This document shows, one piece after another, positions 16,956-25,202 of a stretch of DNA of 27,647 nucleotides. Below the pieces are notes generated by a model that had not been told where the DNA came from, did no database searches, and was given only the letters and a program-made list of their open reading frames with translations. The position numbers and the translations under genes are program-made. This DNA is from a virus (lineage: Duplodnaviria; Caudoviricetes), in IMG/VR virus record IMGVR_UViG_3300022173_000023, positions 1 to 27,647 of that record; one strand, given 5' to 3'. Each line of letters opens with the position of its first letter. The first letter of the stretch is position 1.

Positions 16956-17597
16956 ATGGCATGGATGGACACCTACGCCGCGCAGATCGGGTCGTGGCGG
17001 GCAGACTATGTGTCGGCCGAAGTCATCACGTCGATGTCGTCCAGCCACCAGCTCGGCATCTTCTTCTACATGGCGACGGACCCGGCGCTGCATATCTGGA
17101 TGGGCGTCAATGACATCCCGGCCGGCATCGACGGGGTGACGGCGGATGGCACGGTGTTCCTCGGCGGCGGCCGGCTGTTGAACGTCCCGTCGCTTGAAGT
17201 GCTGTGCAACGGGCAGAGCGGATCGGTTTCCTTCGGCATCTCCGGCATCGATCCGGCGACAGCGGCCGAAGTCATGGCCGCAATGCCGCCGGTGCGCGGC
17301 AAGCAGGTCATGATCGCGCTCACGACGCTCGACCAATACTACCAGCCGACCGCGTCCCTCATTCCGGTGTGGTCGGGAACGGCTTCGCATCCGTCGGAAG
17401 AAAGCGCCGTCGTGGCGGGCGAGGACAACCCTAACGTGACGCTGAGCCTCGCAGTGATCTCCGGCAACAACACACGGTCGAGGCCATCCGGTTCGCTGTG
17501 GTCGTCAGCGCATCAGAAGGCGCTCTACCCGACCGATCTGGGCTGCGATCACACATCCCGCATTGCGCGCGGCGTCGCGCCGGCATGGCCATTCTGA
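16956..17597 (+). CDS. Tail tip/hub protein (gpL/DUF2163-like)
   Basis: LHIWMG, FLGGG, SFGISG, VWSG and QKALYPTD.GC motifs; position between the Dit-like and NlpC/P60-like genes. Confidence 0.7.
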   Translation: MAWMDTYAAQIGSWRADYVSAEVITSMSSSHQLGIFFYMATDPALHIWMGVNDIPAGIDGVTADGTVFLGGGRLLNVPSLEVLCNGQSGSVSFGISGIDPATAAEVMAAMPPVRGKQVMIALTTLDQYYQPTASLIPVWSGTASHPSEESAVVAGEDNPNVTLSLAVISGNNTRSRPSGSLWSSAHQKALYPTDLGCDHTSRIARGVAPAWPF

Positions 17598-17601
17598 TCC
17601 A

Positions 17602-18012
17602 ATGATGACGCTGAAAGACTATCTGGCCCTGCCGCATCGCTGGCAGTGGAGCTTCTGCGACTGCACGTTCTTCCCGTGCGATTGGGTGCAGGAAGCGACA
17701 GGTCGCGACCCAGGCGCTGACTGGCGCGGCACCTATGACGATGCCGCTGGCGCACAAGCCCTGCTCGACAGCTATGGCGGCCCTGAGCGGTTGGCGGGCT
17801 TCGCGCTGGAACGCCTCGGCTTCATGCGTGTGCAGCAACCGATCGACGGCGATATCGGCATCGTCCGCGCCATGACCGGCTTTGATGCCGACGGCGCGGT
17901 GGTGAAGGACATTCCCGCCATCCGGTTCGGGCCCCTCTGGGCGGTCATGTCGGCGCGCGGCGTGCAGGTCAAGAAGCTCGAATTCACCGGTGCGGCGTGG
18001 AGGATCGCATGA
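17602..18012 (+). CDS. NlpC/P60-like tail assembly protein (gpK-like, DUF6950-like)
   Basis: W..CDCTFF.CDWV..ATGRDP.A.WRGTY and GDIGIV motifs; position before the central tail tip gene. Confidence 0.78.
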   Translation: MMTLKDYLALPHRWQWSFCDCTFFPCDWVQEATGRDPGADWRGTYDDAAGAQALLDSYGGPERLAGFALERLGFMRVQQPIDGDIGIVRAMTGFDADGAVVKDIPAIRFGPLWAVMSARGVQVKKLEFTGAAWRIA

Positions 18013-20708
18013 GCGATATCATCGACGTCTTCCGCAAGGCGGTCGCGCCCAAGCGGGTCGAATGGCGCGCCTCGTCGGCCCTGTTCGAGCACTCATCGAC
18101 GGAGGATGTCCAGCGGCGCATCCGCTTCAACGACCTCGCGAACACGACATCGCATTACCCGCCGGAACTGTGCGATCCGATCTTCACGCCGATCTTCACC
18201 TACATCCTTGGCACTGGCGGCTTCCTGATCGGCGGCTCGACGTTCATCTCGTTCGCCTCCATCGCATCGGCCATCGCCACGACTGCCCTGACGATGGGCA
18301 TTCAGATGCTTCTGATGAAGCCGCCGAAGCCTGACAAGACGAAGAACCCCATGATGCAGGCCATCCCGCATCGTTGGTGGGGCGTCGGACTGGCCCGCAT
18401 TTCCGGCGCAATGATGCTTTGGGAGGCAAAACTGCCGTGGCTGATTTCGGTTCAGGCGGTGTGCGGCCACCCGATCGAGAGTTTCGAGACGTTCTACCTG
18501 CATGACGATCAAGTCACGCTTGTAGGCGACCCGGCCAGCCCAACCGGCGCTTATGTCGCTCCGCAGTTCAGAGGGCGATATGGCGGTGCCCGCATCCGCC
18601 TTTACACGCGGCTGGGGGCGGTGCCTGAAACCGCATTCGAAGATATCGTCGGTATTCTCGGCCCTGAAGATGTCTGGACCGTCAATCACCGGCTCGACGG
18701 GCAAGCATCGATCGGCATGACCGCGCGGCGCGCGAAGACGCCGGAAAACCAGCGCAAGACCTATCCGTATGGCCCCCCACTGCCATCTGCGGTCTGCAAA
18801 CTGGCGAAGTGCTGGGACTTTCGCGACCCGCTGCAAGACCCGGATGACCCATCGACTTGGGTGTGGACGCGCAACCCTATCGTCATTCTGGCCTGGCACG
18901 AATGTTTCAGCGCGTTCGGATCGAAGCGCGACTTCCGCACCGCCATCCTTCCCGTCCTCGATATGTGGCAGGAGGAAGCGGATGTCTGCGACGAACTGAT
19001 CAATACGGCGATTGGTGGGACGGAAAAGCGCTACGAATGCGACGGGACCGGGACCGCGGACCTTGACCCGAAGGTCGGGACCAACGCCATCCTCGCGTCG
19101 ATGGACGGATGGATGTGCGAGCGAGGCGATGGCGCTTTGCTCGTCGTGGCAGGCAAATTCCGCGAGAAATATGTCGGGACACTGACTGACGCAGATATCC
19201 TCGGGCATTCGATCCAGCATGACGTGCTGCCGGAAGAGGAGATCAACCGGGTCATTCCGAAGTTCAACTATTCCGCCACAGACTACAGCGAAACAGATAC
19301 GGATTTCTGGGAGGATGTGCCGGCGCAGGTCATCGCTGGGCGCGTCCTATCTCAGTCGGCGGAATACGACTACGTCACCAAATGGCGGCAGGCGCGGCGG
19401 CTGGGCAAGCGGGACTATCTTCGTGCGAGGGCCAAGCGCCGGGGCAGGTTTGATGTCCGGCTGGCGGGCATCAATGCCGTCTACATGCCGTGGGTGAGGC
19501 TGGATACCCCCAAGAGGCTGCCGGCCCTTGATGGCATGCTGTTCTCCAATCGCCGTTCTGTCCTGAACCTGATGAAGGGCGGCTTCTCGATGGATGTCAT
19601 CCAGATGCCGGACGACATCGATGCGTGGACGCCGGCAAGCGACGAGGGCGCGGCCCCGCCGATTCCGCCGAAGCCAGATACGAACGAGGAAGGGGTCCCG
19701 ACCATCGACTCCGTCTTGGCGCTGGTTAGCGGAAGCAGCGTCTATCTACAGGTCGCGATCATTGACCCCAACGATGACACGCTGGTCCCCTGGTTGTCAT
19801 GGCGCGTGCAGGATACCGGAGGCGGTGATCCTGGCGCATGGACGGATCTCAGCTTCCCCGAAGCCGAGCCCGATGGCGGCCTGATCATTCTCAACACCGG
19901 AGCCGTTCCCGCCGATACGATCCTTGAGATCAAGACTGCTTTTGCCAACGCATCCGGCACAAAGGGCGAGTGGACCGATCCGCCGGAGGAGGTGATCACC
20001 ACGATCGATACCGTCGCGCCGGCCGCGCTGACAGCGTTCGCGGTGACTGGCGGCAGCATCCATATGGGCCATGCGCCACTGTCGTTCACGACGACGAACG
20101 ATGCCCATCTTCACAGCATCGCGCTCTACCGGGTTCCGACCGGCGTCACGCTCAACAAGACGACGCATTTCATCAAGCGCGTCAATGCGCTGCTCGGGAC
20201 GACCTTTCCCTACATCGACGGCGACAACACCGTCACGAACCTTTGGCCCGATCCGTCATTCACGGGCGTTGCGGGCGTCACCTATGGCGCGAACTGGTCA
20301 CGCAACGCGGGCACGAACCGGGCCGATCACGCGACCGGGTCAGAGACAGGCGTGGCCTATGTGTATGACCCGACCGACAGCGTCGTTCATCGCTATGGTT
20401 TCGAGATCGCCAGCCAGAGCGTTGCGGGAACCGGCGTGTTTGCCAGCTTCCGGGGCGTTCCGACACACTACAGCGATGCGCCGGTCAGCGGGGTCGGGGT
20501 CTATCTGGGCGACCTGACCCCGGACAGCGGATCGTCGAATTTCTCCTTCCGCGCATCGACGTGGGTTGGCGCACTCGACAACGTATATCTCTACATCCAG
20601 ACCGTTTCCTGCGCGCCGCAGGGCGATTGGGATTACTACGCCATCCCTGAAAACCGTTCCCGCGTCGAAGGCCCTCAGGCCACGAAGCTCGACATCATCA
20701 TCGTCTGA
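18009..20708 (+). CDS. Central tail tip / host specificity protein (gpJ-like, FN3 and CBM-like C-terminus)
   Basis: 899 aa with an N-terminal hydrophobic segment, WDFRDP.QD.DDPSTW.WTRNP, A.VCDE and RYECDG motifs and a beta-rich C-terminus. ATGA coupling at 18009. Confidence 0.85.
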   Translation: MSDIIDVFRKAVAPKRVEWRASSALFEHSSTEDVQRRIRFNDLANTTSHYPPELCDPIFTPIFTYILGTGGFLIGGSTFISFASIASAIATTALTMGIQMLLMKPPKPDKTKNPMMQAIPHRWWGVGLARISGAMMLWEAKLPWLISVQAVCGHPIESFETFYLHDDQVTLVGDPASPTGAYVAPQFRGRYGGARIRLYTRLGAVPETAFEDIVGILGPEDVWTVNHRLDGQASIGMTARRAKTPENQRKTYPYGPPLPSAVCKLAKCWDFRDPLQDPDDPSTWVWTRNPIVILAWHECFSAFGSKRDFRTAILPVLDMWQEEADVCDELINTAIGGTEKRYECDGTGTADLDPKVGTNAILASMDGWMCERGDGALLVVAGKFREKYVGTLTDADILGHSIQHDVLPEEEINRVIPKFNYSATDYSETDTDFWEDVPAQVIAGRVLSQSAEYDYVTKWRQARRLGKRDYLRARAKRRGRFDVRLAGINAVYMPWVRLDTPKRLPALDGMLFSNRRSVLNLMKGGFSMDVIQMPDDIDAWTPASDEGAAPPIPPKPDTNEEGVPTIDSVLALVSGSSVYLQVAIIDPNDDTLVPWLSWRVQDTGGGDPGAWTDLSFPEAEPDGGLIILNTGAVPADTILEIKTAFANASGTKGEWTDPPEEVITTIDTVAPAALTAFAVTGGSIHMGHAPLSFTTTNDAHLHSIALYRVPTGVTLNKTTHFIKRVNALLGTTFPYIDGDNTVTNLWPDPSFTGVAGVTYGANWSRNAGTNRADHATGSETGVAYVYDPTDSVVHRYGFEIASQSVAGTGVFASFRGVPTHYSDAPVSGVGVYLGDLTPDSGSSNFSFRASTWVGALDNVYLYIQTVSCAPQGDWDYYAIPENRSRVEGPQATKLDIIIV

Positions 20709-20728
20709 CCAACCGAACATCAGCACAC

Positions 20729-20756
20729 GGCAGCCTGCACTTAGCGGGCCGCTTTT
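20729..20756 (+). terminator. Weak terminator-like hairpin before the tail fibre RBS
   Basis: GGCAGCCTGC-actta-GCGGGCCGCT stem (one mismatch) followed by TTT, then a GGAG SD. Confidence 0.4.
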
Positions 20757-20774
20757 GCATGGAGCACTGACCAC

Positions 20775-23700
20775 ATGGGCGCTATCACTGATTTCGCCAA
20801 GGCGACCTATGTCGACGGGCCGGGCGCAACGCCGACCGAGCCGACAAAGGCGGATATCCGCGCGCTGTTCGCGCTTGTCGACGCCGTGATCGGGCAAGGG
20901 GCGATCGGCCTCGGCAACTGGAAACCGGCTGTCGATCTTTGTGCCACGGGCAACATCGCGTTGACGGGCACGATCACCGTCGATGGCGTTACCAGCGGCA
21001 ACGGTAAGCGCATCCTGGCGCCGCTCCAGACCAGCGCGCCGGCCGTCGGCATCTATTTGTCCAACTCCGGCGGCGCATGGACGCGGGTGACCGATGCCGA
21101 CAGCGTGGCTGAAATGATCGGCGCATCGGTGTTCGTGAAGGCGGGAACAGCCAACGCCAACACCGCATGGAAGAACAACAACACGGCTGAGAATCTCGTC
21201 ACGCTAGGCACCGACGCCGTGACCTTTGTCCAGATCCCCGGGATCACTGCGATCGCCCTGGTGGCAGACAGCATCGCCACGGCGATGATGCAGGACCAAT
21301 CCGTCACGCTGGCGAAGGTGCAGAACCTGTTGGCTCAGCGCCTGATTGGAGCAGAGACCGCCGGCGTCCCTACTCAGGTGTTTGTTGGCACCGGGATGGA
21401 GATCGTTGGCGGAAACCTGCGCCTCGCCGCCGATGGCGTTGCGAATTCGCATCTGGCCAACATGCCGGAGGCGACGTTCAAGATGGGGCCGGTCAGCGGA
21501 ACCGGCGATCCGATCAACGCCACTGTTGCACAAGCCCGCACGGCGCTGAATATCACGTCCGGCGCAGACGTAACCAATGCGGCGAGTGTCGGTTCGGCCA
21601 TCCATGGCTCTGCCGCAAAGACGACGCCGGTAGATGCCGACACCTTTGCAGGCATCGACAGTGCCTCGTCCAACGTCCTGACGAAGTTCACATGGGCGAA
21701 CATCAAGGCGACGCTGAAGACCTATACGGATACCCTCTATCAGCCGTTGGCAACGGTTCTCACCAACACGACCGCAGCGTTCACGACCGCGCAGGAAACC
21801 AAGCTTTCTGGCATCGAGGCGTTGGCGGATGTGACCGACGCCGCCAATGTCGGCAGCAGCATCCACGGTGCCACGGCGAAGACCTCTCTTGTCGATGCTG
21901 ACGAAGTCGCGATTATCGATAGCGCTGCATCGAACGTTCTGAAGCGGATTACCTTTGCCAACGCCAAGGCAGCGTTCAAAACCTACTTCGATACGCTCTA
22001 CGGAACCGTGGGAAACATCACCAGCATCGTCGACACCTTGACGGTGCATTGGGATTCGATGGTCAAGCTCACCGGAGCGCAAACCATCGCGGGGGTGAAA
22101 ACGTTCTCGTCGGCGCCGGTGGTTCCGGACTCCTCTTTCACCCTGGCGAAGCTCCAAAACCTATCGGCAGGCCGACTGGTTGGTGCTGAAAGCGCAGGCA
22201 GCGCCACTCAGATCGCCGCTGGAACCGGCCTCGAAATCAATACCGGGAACCTCCGTCTGGCCGACGCCGGGACGACGAACGCCAAACTCGCCAATATGGC
22301 CGAGGGCACGGTCAAGATGCGCCGTGCCGGAGCGGGCACTGGTGCGCCGACCGACACTACCCTTGCCAATCTCAAGGCCGATCTCAGCCTCGACAACGTC
22401 GACAATACCAGCGATGCGACCAAGAATGCGGCTGCTGCGACGCTGACCAACAAGACGCTGACAGCTCCGGTGATTACTTCGCCGACCGGCATCGTCAAGG
22501 GGGATGTCGGGCTTGGCAACGTCGACAACACGTCTGACGCAGCAAAGCCTGTTTCGACGCTTACGCAGTCCGCACTTGATCTGAAGGCGACCGTATCGGC
22601 GCTCGACCGCCGCTTTGATGGCGACGTGCGCAGGCCCGGTGACAGCCCACTGTCGTTCACGACGTCTCTTTCCGGTGGTGATCCGTCCGAGACTGCGCCG
22701 CTCACTGTGGATGACACGACATCTGGCGTCGACGGAAGGATCGTCGCGATCTCTGCTGCACGGCCATTCATTGCCCTCCGCGCCCTGTCGGCGATGGAGG
22801 ACGGGCGCGAATATCGGCTGCGCTACGCCGTTCGTCGCCTGGTCAACTCGCCTGACCCGGCCAACGATGCCGTCACTGTCGTCCTGAAATGGTATGACCA
22901 GAACAAACTGCCGCTGGCAGGCGGTTCCGCGTCGACCACGATTGCCAGCCTGACGACGCTGTCCACAGGAAGTGGCTTGGTCGGCGGCACGCGCATCTTC
23001 GGCCGCGCGTCTGGCGGAAACGTCCAGACCGTTGCTCCGGCCGGCGCGGTCTATGCGAACGCCTACGTCACCAACTACGGGGTTACCCCGCAGACCGCCG
23101 TGGTGATCCTCGATATCGATGACACGACTGATTATGTCGTGGCATCGCCAGACCTGTCGAGCGTGGAGTCGCGTCTCGCAGCGCAGGAATCGATCGATGC
23201 CGGCGATCGGCTGGATGCGGTCGAGGCCGCGATCGGCACGCCGAACAAGGTCGTCTACAAGACAATGGCCGATGCACTCGGCGCGGTGTCGGTTGACGCG
23301 GGCGTTGACGATGTCGAGACGCTTGGCTGGGCAACTGTTGGCGACGGCTACGGCCGCACCTACACGCGTGTCGGGTCTCAGCCTGCGCATCCCGCGTATA
23401 TCACGATCGGCGGCGCCTATTTCGAGAGCACGGCACCCCGTGAATTTCTTCTGTCGTGGAACCAGTCGAACGGCGCGACGCTGGCGCATGTCTGGTCCCC
23501 GCCGAAGAACCTCTACACCCGCAACGCTGGCGTAGCCTCCTTCGCGGCGGCTTCCGGGACGGTTATCAGTTGGCCGATTTCCTTCTGGGCGCAGAAGGCG
23601 ATGGCGGATCGGTCGAAGGATTTTTTCGTCTTCAATGTCGCGGTCGGCGGCATGGACATCTCGCACTGGACCGGCGGACTGAAGAACTATCTCTTCGACA

Positions 23701-24812
23701 ACGGCACCGCGGATTCGGAGCCAACGGCAGGCGACATTCGGCTCAACCACGCCACCCCCGCGTCTGTCACTGAGATATATAGCTCAGTCTTCACCACGAC
23801 TGGCGTGCGCAAGTTCGGCGCGTTCAACACCGCATCGATCGGCACGCCGACGATCACGATCTACAAGGCGTCGGACCCGACGGCGTTCGTCAAATACAAC
23901 ATCGTCACGCCGTCCTATCCTGGAAGCGCCTATTTCAAAGCCGTCGTCACCTATCATTCCAGCGCCGGCACGATCGCGAACAATGACCCGGTTCGCATTC
24001 TGATCAGCCCCGACATCTACACCGACTACATGAAGACGGTGGTCCCGCAGATCTATGCAGACCTCGGCATCACCGAGCCGTCGCGCGTTGGTCAGTGGCA
24101 GATCGAGAGCGACATCGACGGCAGCTACGGCCTGGCCGAATACATCGCGGATCACGAAAGCCTGCGCACGCGGATGCTGACGGACGGCCTGATCAAGGAG
24201 ACGACGCCGTGGACCGTCCTCGGCAATGCGCCGTATTCGATTTACCCGCTGTTCGGGAACGACGAGGGCAATGCGACGCTGATGAAATTGGTCGAGTCCC
24301 GGTCCGACATCTACACGTTCTGCTTCACCGGTTCGCTTCCGGTCGCGTTCTGGGACAACTCCTCGCCGCCCGGTTCGCTGATCCACATGAACGCGGACGG
24401 CTACGCCGCCGTCGGGCCGCTGGCATACCGCGCGACATATGAAGGGTCCGGCCGGTCGGTCGTTCCGGGTCGCAATCCAGGCGGCACGATGAAGGTCAGG
24501 GCGGTCATTGCGGACGACGGTGTCGTTTCCTATCCGCTACCTGCCAACACAACCGGCTTTGGCTTGGTGTCTCTGCAGGCGCTTGGGTTCTCGATGCTCT
24601 TTCATTGGGATACGTGGGCAGGCGGAGAAGGCGTGGCGGCTGTTGCTGAGGGCGCGTTTGCCGCACTCATGGACACGAGCACCTCTGTGCTGACTGGCAC
24701 CACGGGGACCGACACGCATTTCACGGTGTCGGTGAATAGCAACAAGCGGATCTATCTTGAGAACCGCATCGGGAACACAGCATACGTCGATCTGTTCCTG
24801 TTCGGGGCGTAG
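20775..24812 (+). CDS. Tail fibre/spike (1345 aa) with internal repeats and a C-terminal SGNH (SASA-like) esterase domain
   Basis: GGAG SD; Thr/Ala/Gly-rich with fibre motifs (VGLGNVDNTSD, QTIAGVKTFSS, GW..VGDG). SGNH-like blocks NQSN, GGMDISHW, WQIESD and LIHMNADGY. Confidence 0.88.
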   Translation: MGAITDFAKATYVDGPGATPTEPTKADIRALFALVDAVIGQGAIGLGNWKPAVDLCATGNIALTGTITVDGVTSGNGKRILAPLQTSAPAVGIYLSNSGGAWTRVTDADSVAEMIGASVFVKAGTANANTAWKNNNTAENLVTLGTDAVTFVQIPGITAIALVADSIATAMMQDQSVTLAKVQNLLAQRLIGAETAGVPTQVFVGTGMEIVGGNLRLAADGVANSHLANMPEATFKMGPVSGTGDPINATVAQARTALNITSGADVTNAASVGSAIHGSAAKTTPVDADTFAGIDSASSNVLTKFTWANIKATLKTYTDTLYQPLATVLTNTTAAFTTAQETKLSGIEALADVTDAANVGSSIHGATAKTSLVDADEVAIIDSAASNVLKRITFANAKAAFKTYFDTLYGTVGNITSIVDTLTVHWDSMVKLTGAQTIAGVKTFSSAPVVPDSSFTLAKLQNLSAGRLVGAESAGSATQIAAGTGLEINTGNLRLADAGTTNAKLANMAEGTVKMRRAGAGTGAPTDTTLANLKADLSLDNVDNTSDATKNAAAATLTNKTLTAPVITSPTGIVKGDVGLGNVDNTSDAAKPVSTLTQSALDLKATVSALDRRFDGDVRRPGDSPLSFTTSLSGGDPSETAPLTVDDTTSGVDGRIVAISAARPFIALRALSAMEDGREYRLRYAVRRLVNSPDPANDAVTVVLKWYDQNKLPLAGGSASTTIASLTTLSTGSGLVGGTRIFGRASGGNVQTVAPAGAVYANAYVTNYGVTPQTAVVILDIDDTTDYVVASPDLSSVESRLAAQESIDAGDRLDAVEAAIGTPNKVVYKTMADALGAVSVDAGVDDVETLGWATVGDGYGRTYTRVGSQPAHPAYITIGGAYFESTAPREFLLSWNQSNGATLAHVWSPPKNLYTRNAGVASFAAASGTVISWPISFWAQKAMADRSKDFFVFNVAVGGMDISHWTGGLKNYLFDNGTADSEPTAGDIRLNHATPASVTEIYSSVFTTTGVRKFGAFNTASIGTPTITIYKASDPTAFVKYNIVTPSYPGSAYFKAVVTYHSSAGTIANNDPVRILISPDIYTDYMKTVVPQIYADLGITEPSRVGQWQIESDIDGSYGLAEYIADHESLRTRMLTDGLIKETTPWTVLGNAPYSIYPLFGNDEGNATLMKLVESRSDIYTFCFTGSLPVAFWDNSSPPGSLIHMNADGYAAVGPLAYRATYEGSGRSVVPGRNPGGTMKVRAVIADDGVVSYPLPANTTGFGLVSLQALGFSMLFHWDTWAGGEGVAAVAEGAFAALMDTSTSVLTGTTGTDTHFTVSVNSNKRIYLENRIGNTAYVDLFLFGA
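21285..22550 (+). repeat. Protein-level duplications in the tail fibre, order A-B-B-A-C-C
   Basis: A: TLAKxQNL..RL.GAE.AG...GTG.EI..GNLRLA..G..N..LANM.E.T.KM (~21285, ~22122). B: ADVT.AA.VGS.IHG..AKT..VDAD....IDSA.SNVL......N.KA..KTY.DTLY (~21564, ~21825). C: L.NVDNTSDA.K (~22383, ~22506). Confidence 0.85.
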
Positions 24813-24813
24813 G

Positions 24814-24948
24814 CTAGGCGCGGCGGCGGTTGAGAAAATAGACCGCCGCCGTCACGACGATCACCAATGCAATGATCGCCAGCCATGACGACGAGGACCA
24901 ATTGTCCGCGTCGCGCTGTATCAGCCACCTGACTTGCTCTTCGATCAT
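24814..24948 (-). CDS. Small single-pass membrane protein (44 aa), antisense moron gene 2
   Basis: MIEEQVRWLIQRDADNWSSSSWLAIIALVIVVTAAVYFLNRRRA has a clear TM and a basic tail. ATG 24948 preferred over the TTG at 25071, which overlaps gene 1. Confidence 0.6.
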   Translation of the reverse strand: MIEEQVRWLIQRDADNWSSSSWLAIIALVIVVTAAVYFLNRRRA

Positions 24949-24970
24949 TCGCTCTATGCCCGTACGGTAG

Positions 24971-25129
24971 TCACCAGACGTGGAAATCGTCGTTATCGCT
25001 AGGCGATTTTCGGCCCCACCCCAAGACGACGATGAAAAGAGCCAAGGCCGCGACGACAACAAGGGCGGCAATGGGGAGCGCCCCGCCGCTGGCAGTGTCG
25101 AGATGAAACGTCATGTCCTCGCGTAGCAT
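24971..25129 (-). CDS. Small single-pass membrane protein (52 aa; 47 aa from ATG 25114), antisense moron gene 1
   Basis: Manually translated and absent from the ORF track: MLREDMTFHLDTASGGALPIAALVVVAALALFIVVLGWGRKSPSDNDDFHVW. One strong TM followed by RK. Confidence 0.62.
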   Translation of the reverse strand: MLREDMTFHLDTASGGALPIAALVVVAALALFIVVLGWGRKSPSDNDDFHVW

Positions 25130-25135
25130 CCCGCC

Positions 25136-25164
25136 AAGCTACACCGCGCACCCGCCCACTGCAA
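25136..25164 (-). promoter_or_regulatory. Putative sigma70-type promoter for the antisense cassette
   Basis: Minus strand TTGCAG-N17-TAGCTT-N6-ATG(25129). The -10 keeps the T-12, A-11 and T-7 consensus bases, and the spacing implies a leaderless mRNA. Confidence 0.5.
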
Positions 25165-25202
25165 TCTCAACCTGAAGCCCGCCAACGCGGGAAGGAGCAA
25201 TC

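Noticed and set aside
22161-23750. 529-aa minus-strand ORF and other long antisense ORFs (e.g. 1467-2453, 13571-14578, 18093-19220)
   Set aside because: Shadow ORFs expected opposite high-GC3 genes; Arg-rich, with no motifs.
24814-25071. 85-aa minus-strand ORF as given in the track
   Set aside because: Its TTG-started N-terminal half overlaps a better TM-encoding ORF in another frame; only the part from ATG 24948 is retained.
24480-25200. Diversity-generating retroelement or invertible fibre cassette
   Set aside because: No reverse transcriptase, invertase, template repeat or inverted repeats visible in the window.
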